This document shows positions 16,891 through 26,525 of a stretch of DNA of 64,000 bases, piece after piece (within the stretch, counting starts at the first letter, position 1; every line of letters starts with the position of its first letter). The notes under the pieces are model-generated. The model worked only from the letters and a program-made list of their open reading frames with translations. It did no database searches and was not told the DNA's origin. A program made the position numbers and the translations under genes. This DNA comes from Acidimicrobiia bacterium (GTDB taxonomy: Bacteria; Actinomycetota; Acidimicrobiia; Spongiisociales; UBA11373), in NCBI GenBank assembly GCA_041572755.1, contig JBFFRY010000009.1, positions 8,221 through 72,220 on the forward strand, given 5' to 3'.

Positions 16891-18654
16891 TCACTCAGAA
16901 GGAGCGTTGATGACGTCGTTCCACAGGTAGGTGTAGTAGGTCCACGCACCGGTGTTGCCGACGTGCAGCGGGCTCGAAGCGTCGATGCCGGCCTCCCAGG
17001 AGACCACGACATCGTTGGCGTCGAAGGTCGAACCGTCGTGGAAGACAACGCCTTCCTTGAGGTCGCAGGTCCACTCCGTCAAGTCGGCGTTCGGCACGCA
17101 GTCGTTCGCCAACCTCGGGATGACCTCACCCGAGAACACGTCGTATCCGAGCAGTGGCTCGATCACCTGCAGGCAGACGTCGAACGACTCACCGTCCGAC
17201 TCATCAGCGCAGTACAGGCTGATCGGCTCGGCGCTCTGCATGTACACGAGGGTGTCCTTGCCGGGATCCATCGACGCGAAGTCCGGGGGTCCGAACAACG
17301 TGACGGCGGCCGGGGCGTTGTCGACGGATCCGAGAGCTGCGGCGGCGAAGCCACCCCATGCAATCGGCACCATCGGGACGAGGTCCCGGATGGCGTTGTT
17401 CGCCCGCCCGTAGACCTCGTTGATCTCGTCGATGTCCGTGAGCGGCTGCCCTTCGCCGAGCGGTCCGGTGATCTCCGGATGCGAAGTACCGAACTGGGTC
17501 ACTTCGGGACCGAAGTGGAAGTCGAGGAAGTTGGTGACGTGCGGGTAGTCGCCCGTCCATCCCAGCATGTGGAACCCGTTGAGGCGTCCGGCCTGGGACT
17601 CCTCGATGAAGGCTCCCGACTCCATTTCGATGACCTCGACCTCGACGCCGAGGTTCTCACGCAACTGCGTCTGAATCTCGACGGCGATGAAGCCGGGGCC
17701 GGGCAGGTAGTCGCGCACGACGTCGCGGTAGTAGATGGCCGTCTGGAATCCCTCTTCGACACCGGCATCGCGCAGCATTTGCCTCGCCGTCTCCGGATCG
17801 AAGTCGTACCAGGGGTCGCCGGCACAGCCGCCGGGCACGCCGCACGGCACGAAGTGAGTGGCGACCGACGATCCGGCCGGGTAGAAGTTGTCGACGATCC
17901 GCTGACGGTCGATACCCATGGCAAAGGCCCTGCGCACGTTCACGTCGTCGAACGGCGGGAACGTGTTTGTCATGCCGAGATAGAAGATGTTCGGGCTGGC
18001 GCCGGGCAGGAACTGCAGGTTTGCGTCGTCCTGGACGGTCGTGAAATCGTCCGGGCCGAGCTTGGCGATCACATCGACCGTGCCGATGTTGAGCGCCTGC
18101 AGCCGGGCTGCCGACTCCGCCTGCCACTGCACCACCAGCGTGTCGAACACCGGCTGGCTGCCGTAGTAGTCGTCGAACCTGTCCATCACGACCTGCGAAC
18201 CGGCCTCCCAAGTGTTCAGCTGGAACGGCCCGGTGCCGATCGGGTTGCGCAGCAACTGCTCACCGCCGCCACCCGTCGCCACGAGGTACTCCTCCGGCTG
18301 AATGCCGAAGACACCGAATGCCGCGATCTGCTTGAACGCCGGGGTCGGCTTGCAGAGCGAGAAAGTGACCTCGTACTGGCCGGTCGCCTCGATCGTGTTG
18401 ATGATGCTGCCCGAGCCGTCGGCGGCGCAGCCTGCTTGGTTCACTACCGACTTGCCTTCGAACGGGACCGACGTGTCGGGTGGCGCCTCAGTGGTGGTCG
18501 CCGCCTCAGTCGTTGCCGTTCCCTCGGTTGTCGCCGTTCCCTCGGTCGTCTCCGCCGCCTCGCTCGTGGTGGCGGCGTCGTCGTCATCACCGCACGCCGC
18601 TGCAACCAGAGCAAGCGCCAGCATGAGGGCCAGCAACCTCGTTGCTCTTCTCAT
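16891..18654 (-). CDS. family-5 (OppA/DppA-like) substrate-binding lipoprotein, apparently circularly permuted
   Basis: Lipobox AAAC; PIGTGPF, VRRAFAMGIDR; the family-5 N-terminal signature (LANDCVPNADLTEWTCDLKEGVVFHDG) is at the C-terminus. Confidence 0.92.
   Translation of the reverse strand: MRRATRLLALMLALALVAAACGDDDDAATTSEAAETTEGTATTEGTATTEAATTTEAPPDTSVPFEGKSVVNQAGCAADGSGSIINTIEATGQYEVTFSLCKPTPAFKQIAAFGVFGIQPEEYLVATGGGGEQLLRNPIGTGPFQLNTWEAGSQVVMDRFDDYYGSQPVFDTLVVQWQAESAARLQALNIGTVDVIAKLGPDDFTTVQDDANLQFLPGASPNIFYLGMTNTFPPFDDVNVRRAFAMGIDRQRIVDNFYPAGSSVATHFVPCGVPGGCAGDPWYDFDPETARQMLRDAGVEEGFQTAIYYRDVVRDYLPGPGFIAVEIQTQLRENLGVEVEVIEMESGAFIEESQAGRLNGFHMLGWTGDYPHVTNFLDFHFGPEVTQFGTSHPEITGPLGEGQPLTDIDEINEVYGRANNAIRDLVPMVPIAWGGFAAAALGSVDNAPAAVTLFGPPDFASMDPGKDTLVYMQSAEPISLYCADESDGESFDVCLQVIEPLLGYDVFSGEVIPRLANDCVPNADLTEWTCDLKEGVVFHDGSTFDANDVVVSWEAGIDASSPLHVGNTGAWTYYTYLWNDVINAPSE
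18515..18550 (-). repeat. 18-bp tandem duplication in the SBP Thr-rich linker
   Basis: GCCGTTCCCTCGGT(T/C)GTC x2 on the + strand, encoding TTEGTA twice. Confidence 0.8.
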
Positions 18655-18802
18655 TCGGTTTTCTTCCTTCCCAATTGGGACGCTCCTCAGTTTCTTGTCG
18701 AAGTAAGGAGGAGCGGGACACTGTCAGGCTACTCAGCCTGGCGACGGCGCGAGTCGGTTTGGGCTCGGGAGCGGTTTGACGGTGGTTGGTACCATCGCCC
18801 GA

Positions 18803-20554
18803 ATGGAGTACCTGGCCCTCTACCGTAAATACCGGCCGCAGCGCTTCGCCGAGATCGTGGGACAGGATCACGTGACCGAGACCCTGATCCGCGAGGTCCA
18901 GACCGACCGGGTGGCGCACGCCTATCTGTTTGCCGGCCCGCGGGGGACCGGAAAGACGAGTTCGGCCCGGCTCATCGCCAAGGCGCTCAATTGTCGTGAC
19001 CGCCGTCCCGACGGAGAGCCGTGCAACGAGTGTGCGTCCTGTGTGGCCGTCACCGAAGGCGCGTCGCTCGACGTCATCGAACTGGATGCGGCCTCCCACA
19101 ACAAGGTCGAGGATGTCAGGGAGATCCGCGCCAACGTGGGCACCGTGGCGTCGGCAGGAGGGGCCCGCCGCATCTACATCCTCGACGAGGCCCACATGCT
19201 GTCCCGGGCGGCCGCCAACGCCCTGCTCAAGACACTCGAGGAGCCGCCGGAGCACGTCCACTTCGTGCTGGCCACCACCGAGCCGTACAAGCTCCCGCCG
19301 ACCATTCGCAGCCGCGCTCAGCGTTTCGACTTCCACCCGGTCGGTTCCGACGTCCTCGTTCGGCACGTCGGTCGCATCGCCGAGTTGGAGGGCTACCAGG
19401 CAACGGAGGACGGTCTGGCAATGGTGGCTCGGCATGCCCGGGGCTCGGTGCGGGATGCACTCGGGCTCTTGGAGCAGGTCGCCTCGCTGGGTGGCGGCAA
19501 AGTCGAGGCCCGGGGGGTGACCCGCGCCCTCGGCCTGGCCGATGCGGATGCCTTCGGCCACCTGGCACAGGCGGTGCTGGATCGCGACGCCCCCGCCGCC
19601 CTCGGCCTGGTCGCCGCCCTGGCCGCCGAAGGGACCGACCTGAGGCGGTTCACCGCCGACGCGGTGGAGTTCTTCCGGGGCGTCTTCCTGGCCCAGTACG
19701 CACCGAACTTGGAGGAGATCGTCGATGAGCCGGGCGACGTGATCGCCGAATGGCGGGAGCACGCTCGGGCCTTGGAGCCGGCCGACGTGCTGCGGTGCAT
19801 CGATCGGCTCGGCGATGCCCTCACCGCGCTGCGAGAAGGGCGGGAAGAGCGCCTCGTGCTCGAACTGGCGCTCATCCGCCTCACCCGGCCCGACACCTCT
19901 GCCGATCCGGACGCCCTTCTCGCCAGACTGCAGAGGCTGGAGGACCGGGTGCGCTGGCTGGCGGACCAGGGGGGGCCTGCGAAGCAGGACGATGCTGCGC
20001 CGCGAGCGGTGAAGCGGGCGGCCCCCGCGGCACCGAGCACCCCTCCACCGGCTCCCGCCCCCGAACCGGGGGTGGAGCGGGAGGATCCGGAGGAACCCTC
20101 CGTCGATCCGGCCGTCGAGACACCGCCGGCACCCCCACCCATCGAGGGCCTGGACCTGGATGCGGTCGACAAGATGTGGCCGGCCCTGGTGGCGCGGGTG
20201 CGAGAGGAGACGGGTCCGCGCCGGCACGCCCTCTTCCGCGAATCGCGACCAGCGGCGATCGAGGGAAGCACGATCGTGCTCGGGGTGGGTGAGCACCTCC
20301 CGTTCCACCTCGAACAGCTGCGGGAAGACGATCATCTCACTGCGATCGTGGTGGCGGCGGCTTCGGAGCTTCTCGGCGGCGGGGTCGCCGTCACCTACCG
20401 ACCCGAGGGTGCGCCGCCGCCGCAGGCGGAAGCCGATCAGGAGGAGACGAAGGCCCCCAACCCCGACGATCTGCTGCCCGGCGGTGATGGGGGCATCGAT
20501 CCGACGGATCTCGTCGTCGACCTCCTCGGCGGCGAAGTCGTCGCCGACGACTAG
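18803..20554 (+). CDS. dnaX: DNA polymerase III gamma/tau
   Basis: ALYRKYRP, GPRGTGKT, CNECASC, DEAHML, SRAQRF; ATG 18803 lies 7 nt after TACCAT. Confidence 0.96.
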   Translation: MEYLALYRKYRPQRFAEIVGQDHVTETLIREVQTDRVAHAYLFAGPRGTGKTSSARLIAKALNCRDRRPDGEPCNECASCVAVTEGASLDVIELDAASHNKVEDVREIRANVGTVASAGGARRIYILDEAHMLSRAAANALLKTLEEPPEHVHFVLATTEPYKLPPTIRSRAQRFDFHPVGSDVLVRHVGRIAELEGYQATEDGLAMVARHARGSVRDALGLLEQVASLGGGKVEARGVTRALGLADADAFGHLAQAVLDRDAPAALGLVAALAAEGTDLRRFTADAVEFFRGVFLAQYAPNLEEIVDEPGDVIAEWREHARALEPADVLRCIDRLGDALTALREGREERLVLELALIRLTRPDTSADPDALLARLQRLEDRVRWLADQGGPAKQDDAAPRAVKRAAPAAPSTPPPAPAPEPGVEREDPEEPSVDPAVETPPAPPPIEGLDLDAVDKMWPALVARVREETGPRRHALFRESRPAAIEGSTIVLGVGEHLPFHLEQLREDDHLTAIVVAAASELLGGGVAVTYRPEGAPPPQAEADQEETKAPNPDDLLPGGDGGIDPTDLVVDLLGGEVVADD

Positions 20555-20622
20555 GTGTCCCCGGGGCCTGTCGCGGTCCCCTGATACGCTGTCCGCCTGG
20601 TTCCACCCGGAGGTCGTCCGAG

Positions 20623-21219
20623 TTGACGTTCGAGGCTCCCATCCAGCGCCTCATCGACGAGCTGGCGAGGCTGCCCGGCATCGGGCGCAAGAGCGCCCAG
20701 CGCCTCGCCTTCCATCTGCTGGCGGTCGAGGACGAGGACGCCGCCCGTCTCGCCACCGCGATCACCGACATGCGGCGGGAGGTGCGTCTCTGCGGCCGGT
20801 GCTTCAACGTCACCGACGGCGACGAGTGCTCGATCTGTCGCGACCTCCGGCGCGATGTTGCCTTGCTGTGCGTCGTCGAGCGGGCCCAGGACATCGTGGT
20901 GGTGGAACGCAGCCAGGAGTTCAGGGGCCGCTATCACGTGCTCGGCGGTGCGATCTCCCCGATCGAAGGCATCGGACCCGATCAACTCCGCATGAAGGAA
21001 CTGGTGGCCCGGGTCGATGACGAGAAGGTCGAAGAGGTGATCGTTGCCACCAATCCCACGGTCGAAGGTGACACCACGGCGCTCTACCTGGCCCGGATCC
21101 TCAAGCCGCTCGGTATCCGGGTGACCCGACTGGCGAGCGGTCTTCCGGTGGGCGGCGATCTCGACTACGCCGATGAGCTGACCCTGGGTCGGGCACTCGT
21201 CGGCCGCCAGGAGCTCTGA
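20623..21219 (+). CDS. recR: recombination mediator RecR
   Basis: LPGIGRKSAQRLAF, C4 zinc finger, TOPRIM EGDTT, GDLDYAD. Confidence 0.97.
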   Translation: MTFEAPIQRLIDELARLPGIGRKSAQRLAFHLLAVEDEDAARLATAITDMRREVRLCGRCFNVTDGDECSICRDLRRDVALLCVVERAQDIVVVERSQEFRGRYHVLGGAISPIEGIGPDQLRMKELVARVDDEKVEEVIVATNPTVEGDTTALYLARILKPLGIRVTRLASGLPVGGDLDYADELTLGRALVGRQEL

Positions 21220-21234
21220 AGGGCCGGGCACACC

Positions 21235-22320
21235 ATGCGTATCCACCTCCTCGAGCCCTACTTCACGGGGTCGCACCGTCAGTGGGCCGAGGGGTATCGG
21301 GAGCACAGTCGGCACGAGGTGCGGCTCGTGACCCACGAGGGCCAGTTCTGGAAGTGGCGGCTCCGGGGCGGATTCGCAACGATCGCCGAGGCCCTCGACG
21401 AGGAGGTCCGTGCGCACGGGGAACCCGATGTTCTCCTGGCGACCTCGATGCTGGACCTGGCGGGCCTGCTGGGCATCACGAGGCATCGAGCCCCGGCGGC
21501 GCTGTACATGCATGAGAACCAGCTCACCTACCCGACCTCCGGGAGGACTCGCGTCGAGATGGACTACGCACTCGTCAACTGGTTTGCCGCCCTCGCCGCC
21601 GATGCGATCGCGTTCAACTCCGACTACCACTTCCGAGCCTTCTTCGAGGCCCTCCCGGCGATGCTGGGGACGGCGCCCGACCGGCGACACCTCCACCTCA
21701 TCCCGGCCGTGGAGCAGCGTTCGTCGGTCCTGCCGGTCGGCGTGGACCTGGCCCGACTGGACGGGATCTCCCGGCGGCGCTCCTCCCCTCCTCTCGTGCT
21801 GTGGAATCACCGCTGGGATCCCGACAAGAGACTCGACATCTTCCTCGGGGTGCTCGGCGAACTGGCCGTCGCCGGTCCCGACTTCAGGGTGGCGCTGGCC
21901 GGAGAGCAGTTCGTGGCCCAGCCCGAGGAGCACGCCGCGGCAATCGAAGCTCTCGGGGAGCGGGTGGTGCACGTCGGCCACCTTCCTCCGGCCTCGTACG
22001 ACAGGCTGCTCGGCGAGGCCGACCTCGTGGTGAGCACCGCCGAACAAGAGTTCTTCGGCGTTTCGATCACCGAGGCGGTCTATGCCGGGGCGTTCCCCGT
22101 GCTCCCGGATCTGCTGGTCTACCCGGAGCGAATCCCCGCCGAGTTCCACGAGTTGTGTCTGTATCGCGGCAGGCGGGGCCTGGCGGAGAGGCTTCGGTGG
22201 GCGGTGGAACACCCGGTGGAGGCCGCCGAGGTCGCCGCCCGCCTTCGGCCCGTCATGGGGGGCGCCGACTGGTCGGTGATGGCCCCCCGCTACGACGACT
22301 GGCTGGAGACGATCGCATAG
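21235..22320 (+). CDS. DUF3524/GT-B glycosyltransferase (GTDC1/QTMAN-like)
   Basis: LLEPYFTGSHRQW, WKWRLRG, YMHENQLTYP, WNHRWDPDK, EFFG motifs. Confidence 0.85.
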   Translation: MRIHLLEPYFTGSHRQWAEGYREHSRHEVRLVTHEGQFWKWRLRGGFATIAEALDEEVRAHGEPDVLLATSMLDLAGLLGITRHRAPAALYMHENQLTYPTSGRTRVEMDYALVNWFAALAADAIAFNSDYHFRAFFEALPAMLGTAPDRRHLHLIPAVEQRSSVLPVGVDLARLDGISRRRSSPPLVLWNHRWDPDKRLDIFLGVLGELAVAGPDFRVALAGEQFVAQPEEHAAAIEALGERVVHVGHLPPASYDRLLGEADLVVSTAEQEFFGVSITEAVYAGAFPVLPDLLVYPERIPAEFHELCLYRGRRGLAERLRWAVEHPVEAAEVAARLRPVMGGADWSVMAPRYDDWLETIA

Positions 22321-22378
22321 CGAGACGGCCGACGGCGCGGTCGGTCCGGCTCGGCCGCCCAGCCTTCCCGGCGGTTGA

Positions 22379-23560
22379 TCACCCGGCGACGCGCAGCACC
22401 AGGGCATCCCCTTGCCCGCCGCCCCCGCACAATGCGGCGGCGCCGATCCCTCCGCCGCGGAGGCGCAACGCATTGATGAGGGTCACCACGATGCGGGCGC
22501 CGGTGGCGCCGAGCGGATGGCCGAGCGCCACCGCTCCACCGTGCACGTTCACCTTGTCGTGGGGGAGGTCGAGCATGTCGGCGGACCACATCGCCACGGC
22601 GGCGAAGGCCTCATTCAGTTCGACCAGATCGAGATCGGCGGGAGCCATCGACACCCGCTTCAGCGCCAGGCGGAGCGCCTCAGCGGGCCTTTCGTGCAAG
22701 GTGGCATCCGGGCCGGCGATCTGGCCGTAGGAGAGGATCTCGGCGAGGACCGGCATCCCAGCCGCTTCGGCGGCCGCAGCATCGGCAACGATCACTGCCG
22801 CAGCACCGTCCGAGATCTGCGAGGCGTTCCCGGCGGTGAGGGTGCCTTCCTCGGAGAAGGCCGGGCGCAGCCGTCCCAGGCTCTCGGCAGTGGCGTCACT
22901 GCGGATCCCCTCGTCGACCGAGACTTCCACGGGATCTCCTTTGCGCTGCGGAACGGCGACCGGGGTGATTTCCCCCGAGAGCGCACCGGACTCGGTGGCG
23001 GCGGCGGCCCGGCGGTGGCTCTCCGCCGACCACTCGTCCTGCTCCGCCCTGCCGATGCCGAGCACCCCGTTCTTGCGATCCGACGACTCGCCCATCGTGC
23101 AGTGATCGAAGGCGCACCACAGCCCGTCATGGGTCATCGTGTCGACCATGGGTGCATCCCCCATGCGGGCCCCCCAGCGTGCGGAGGGAACGACATAGGG
23201 TGCGTTGGTCATCGACTCCATGCCCCCGGCCAGGACGAAGGTGGCCTCCCCGAGGCGCACGTCCTTGTCGGCGCCGGCGATCGCCGCCATGCCCGAGAGG
23301 CACACCTTGTTGATCGTCGTTGCCGGAACGGTCATTGGGACCCCTGCCCTGGCGGCCGCCTGTCGGGCGGTGATCTGGCCGGCACCCGCCTGGATCACAT
23401 GGCCGAACAGGACCTCGTCGAGTTGCTCGGCTGGGAGACCCGACCTCTCGAGAGCGGCTTGCATGGCGCCGGCGCCCAACTCGGTGGCCTGGAGCGGCTG
23501 GAAGCTCCCACCGAACCTGCCGATGGGGGTGCGGGCGATGGCGGTGATCACGGAACCCAT
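22379..23560 (-). CDS. acetyl-CoA C-acyltransferase (thiolase)
   Basis: NKVCLSG, NEAFA, GHPLGATG, LCGGGGQG catalytic motifs. Confidence 0.95.
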   Translation of the reverse strand: MGSVITAIARTPIGRFGGSFQPLQATELGAGAMQAALERSGLPAEQLDEVLFGHVIQAGAGQITARQAAARAGVPMTVPATTINKVCLSGMAAIAGADKDVRLGEATFVLAGGMESMTNAPYVVPSARWGARMGDAPMVDTMTHDGLWCAFDHCTMGESSDRKNGVLGIGRAEQDEWSAESHRRAAAATESGALSGEITPVAVPQRKGDPVEVSVDEGIRSDATAESLGRLRPAFSEEGTLTAGNASQISDGAAAVIVADAAAAEAAGMPVLAEILSYGQIAGPDATLHERPAEALRLALKRVSMAPADLDLVELNEAFAAVAMWSADMLDLPHDKVNVHGGAVALGHPLGATGARIVVTLINALRLRGGGIGAAALCGGGGQGDALVLRVAG

Positions 23561-23627
23561 GGGTCTTCGCCTCCTGTTCGGTTCGGATGCTAGGGATACG
23601 GTTGGAGGCCGGCGCTACGCTCGCGAT

Positions 23628-24032
23628 GTGCTGCTGCTCAACCTCGACCACGTCGGCATGGCCGTGCGGGACCTCGATGCGGCCATTGACGGCTTCCGGC
23701 GGCGCTTCGGGGTGGAACCGATCAGCCGTGAGACCGTGGCCGAGCAAGGCGTCGAGGAAGCGATGATCGCCATCGGCGGATCGCATGTTCAGCTGCTGCA
23801 ACCCCGGGCCGACGACACGCCCGTGGGCCGCTTTCTGGAGCGGCGCGGCGAGGGGGTCCATCACGTGGCCTATGCGGTCCCCGACATCGAAGCGGCGCTG
23901 GAACACCTGCAGCGGGAGGGTGCCGAGCTGATCGATCGCGAACCGCGTGTCGGCGGCGGCGGGCATCGGATCGCGTTCGTGCACCCCAGGAGCGCCCACG
24001 GGGTCCTCACCGAGCTGGTGGAGCTGAGATGA
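23628..24032 (+). CDS. mce: methylmalonyl-CoA epimerase
   Basis: DHVGMAV, VQLLQP, GEGVHHVAY, FVHPRSAHGVLTELVE; GTG lies 6 nt after TACGCT. Confidence 0.9.
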   Translation: MLLLNLDHVGMAVRDLDAAIDGFRRRFGVEPISRETVAEQGVEEAMIAIGGSHVQLLQPRADDTPVGRFLERRGEGVHHVAYAVPDIEAALEHLQREGAELIDREPRVGGGGHRIAFVHPRSAHGVLTELVELR

Positions 24033-24277
24033 CGATGCGGTTCGAGGTCGTCGGCGGCGCCGGGCCCCAGGAGACCGCGGCGATCATGGCCGCGTTGGCC
24101 CGGGTGTTCGAAGAGCAGGCTGCGGCCGGGGCGGCGCCCCCGATGCGACCTACACAGGGTCGGTGGGTCCTGTCCGGTCGGCCGCGTGCGGTGGCCGGCC
24201 CGTCGACGGCGCGACCCACCCCCGCCGCGGACGGGTGGAGCGTCGGATCTGATGACGAGCAGCCCGACGTTCTCTAG
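24029..24277 (+). CDS. acyl-CoA carboxylase epsilon-subunit-like protein
   Basis: G..P.ETAAIMAAL...RWVLSGR pattern; ATGA overlap with mce. Confidence 0.6.
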   Translation: MTMRFEVVGGAGPQETAAIMAALARVFEEQAAAGAAPPMRPTQGRWVLSGRPRAVAGPSTARPTPAADGWSVGSDDEQPDVL

Positions 24278-25632
24278 GTCGCCTCTCGAGGAAGTACGCG
24301 CTCCGCTTCCCGCAGTTCGGGGCGCTGCACCGGCGGTGAAGGGCGCGGCGGCTCGGGTCGCTTGATGTCGGCCGACCCGGCCCTCGGCAATGTGAAGCAG
24401 AACCGGGACCCGACAGGGAAGCCGGGCTCGTACCAGACCTGGCCCCCCATGGCCTCCACCAACCGGCGGGTGACGGCCAAGCCGAGACCGAACCCCTTGT
24501 CGGTGCGGCTGTCACCCCGGCTTGCCTGCTCGAACTGCTCAAAGATCCGATCGCGTTCCGCCTCGGGAACCCCCGGTCCGTTGTCGGCGACCACCACCAC
24601 GATGGCGTCACCGCGAGGCATCGCTTCGATCCCGACCTGATCGCCACCGTACTTCCGAGCGTTGTCGAGCAGATTGCGCAGCACCTGCTCCACCCGGTTG
24701 GGATCGGCGTGGACGACGATGTTCCCGGCCACCGAGACCGACACCGATCTGTCCCCCCCGATCGGGAGGATCGACTCGGCGACCTTGAAGGCGGCGGCAC
24801 GGAGCTGGAAGTCGGCTGCCTCCAGCAGAAGGCGGCCGGCTTCGAGGCGCGGGATCGCCAGGACGTCCTCGACCATGGTGGTGAGGTGATCCGCTTCCGC
24901 GGAAACGATGGCGAGGAACTCGTCGATCTCCTTGGGGTCGAGAGTCCGCCAACTGTCCCTGAGTGCGATGGAGAAGCCGGAGATGTTGGTGAGTGGGGTC
25001 CGGAGCTCGTGGCTGACCATCGACACGAACTCGTTCTTGAGTTCGGAGGCGCGGCGCTCGGCTTCGAGTGCTCGCTCTCGCCGGTGGCGGGCACGACGAA
25101 TCTGGCCCTCCCCCGCCATGAGCACCAGCGCCAGCGCCAGGAGGGCGAAGGTGACGTCGGTCCATCCGACGACCGCCGCCTGCCAGGTGGGAGCCGAATC
25201 CGAACTCAGGAGCAGCGACCGGGTGACCACCATCGACCCGCCTACCGCGAAGACCACGAGCGCTTGGAGGCCGGGCAGCAGCAGGACCCCAGCCACAACC
25301 AGATAGCCGAGCATTGCAACGAGCGCAGCGTCGACCCCGGTCCCGACCCCGATCAGGAACGCCCCCACCAGGGTGTCGACGAGCAATGAGGGCAGGGCGG
25401 AGCGGCCGATTCGAAGCCGGACGAAGGCGTCGGTGGCCAGGAGCGCCGCTGCTCCGATTCGGACGAATGCCCATGGGTTCCCAAAGGCCCACGACCCGAG
25501 AGAGAGGGCGAGGAACCCGATCCCCGCGCCCAGCCGGACGCGCTGCAGCGTCGGCCGAATGTCGGCGTAGTCGACGGAGGTCGAATGCCGGTTCCGGCCG
25601 CTCGTCATACCCGAAGGGGCGCGGTCGGTCAT
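24274..25632 (-). CDS. membrane sensor histidine kinase (orphan)
   Basis: H-box SHELRTPL, N-box NLLDNA, DNGPG, GFGLGL; multi-TM N-terminus. Confidence 0.92.
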   Translation of the reverse strand: MTDRAPSGMTSGRNRHSTSVDYADIRPTLQRVRLGAGIGFLALSLGSWAFGNPWAFVRIGAAALLATDAFVRLRIGRSALPSLLVDTLVGAFLIGVGTGVDAALVAMLGYLVVAGVLLLPGLQALVVFAVGGSMVVTRSLLLSSDSAPTWQAAVVGWTDVTFALLALALVLMAGEGQIRRARHRRERALEAERRASELKNEFVSMVSHELRTPLTNISGFSIALRDSWRTLDPKEIDEFLAIVSAEADHLTTMVEDVLAIPRLEAGRLLLEAADFQLRAAAFKVAESILPIGGDRSVSVSVAGNIVVHADPNRVEQVLRNLLDNARKYGGDQVGIEAMPRGDAIVVVVADNGPGVPEAERDRIFEQFEQASRGDSRTDKGFGLGLAVTRRLVEAMGGQVWYEPGFPVGSRFCFTLPRAGSADIKRPEPPRPSPPVQRPELREAERVLPREAT

Positions 25633-25676
25633 AGTCGAAGCTCATATCGGCCGGTTGGGCGGCTCCCCTGAGAGGT

Positions 25677-26525
25677 TCAGGAAGACCCGGGAAGGGCGGC
25701 CATCACGGCCTCGAACGCAGCGTCCGGCACCGCCAGATCGCCCCGGCCGTTTCCGAGAGCAAGTCCCGGCTTGTAGGTGCCGTGATAGTCGGAACCCCCC
25801 GTGGCGATCAGGCCGAGGCGGTGCGCCATGCGTTCGAGACTGGTCCGGAGCTCGGGCGGGTACTCGGCGTAGTGGCACTCGAGGCCGTCGACGCCGAGAT
25901 CGGCGAGCAGATCGAACGTCTCCGAGAAGTCGGGGGCGTTGTCGGCCACCGTGTGGGGATGAGCGACCACGGCAATCCCGCCGGAGGCCCTCACCAGCGC
26001 CACGGCCTCCTCGGCCGTCAGCCGGGGCCGGTCCCGATAGGCCGGTCGGCCCCGTGCCAGGTAGAGGTCGAATGCTTCCGCCACGGAGCCGACGACTCCC
26101 ATCCGCACCAGCACCTGCGCGATGTGAGGGCGGCCCGTTGCTCCGTCGCCGGACTCGGAGGCGACCTCCTCGTGGCGGATGGCGATTCCCATGTGGTTGA
26201 GGGCCGAGACGATCGCCTCGTTCCTCCCATCCCTTCCCCGCCGAAGCGCTTCCAGTCGGTCCTGCAGGGGCCCCGAGCGGGGCGCGATCCCATAGGCAAG
26301 GAGGTGCATGGGACCGTTGCGCCATTCCACCGAGAGCTCGATGCCGGGTAGGAAGGCGACTCCGACCTCGCGGGCGGCGTCGGCGGCCTCGGCGATGCCC
26401 TCCAGGGTGTCGTGGTCGGTCAGCGCAAATGCCGTGAGTCCGGTATCGGCGGCGGCGCGGGCGATGTCGGCGGGTCGGTCGCTTCCGTCTGAGAACCGGC
26501 TGTGGGTGTGGAGATCGACCGCCAT
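25677..26525 (-). CDS. PHP-domain phosphoesterase (YciV/TrpH-like)
   Basis: DLHTHS..SDG, LTDHDT, GRPHIA, AHP, GGSDYHG. Confidence 0.9.
   Translation of the reverse strand: MAVDLHTHSRFSDGSDRPADIARAAADTGLTAFALTDHDTLEGIAEAADAAREVGVAFLPGIELSVEWRNGPMHLLAYGIAPRSGPLQDRLEALRRGRDGRNEAIVSALNHMGIAIRHEEVASESGDGATGRPHIAQVLVRMGVVGSVAEAFDLYLARGRPAYRDRPRLTAEEAVALVRASGGIAVVAHPHTVADNAPDFSETFDLLADLGVDGLECHYAEYPPELRTSLERMAHRLGLIATGGSDYHGTYKPGLALGNGRGDLAVPDAAFEAVMAALPGSS

Noticed and set aside
18655-18802. SRP RNA (ffs) or tRNA-Ser often found upstream of dnaX
   Set aside because: No SRP domain IV motif (TCAGG...GGAAG..AGCAG) or tRNA cloverleaf; only a short CAGGCT/AGCCTG hairpin.
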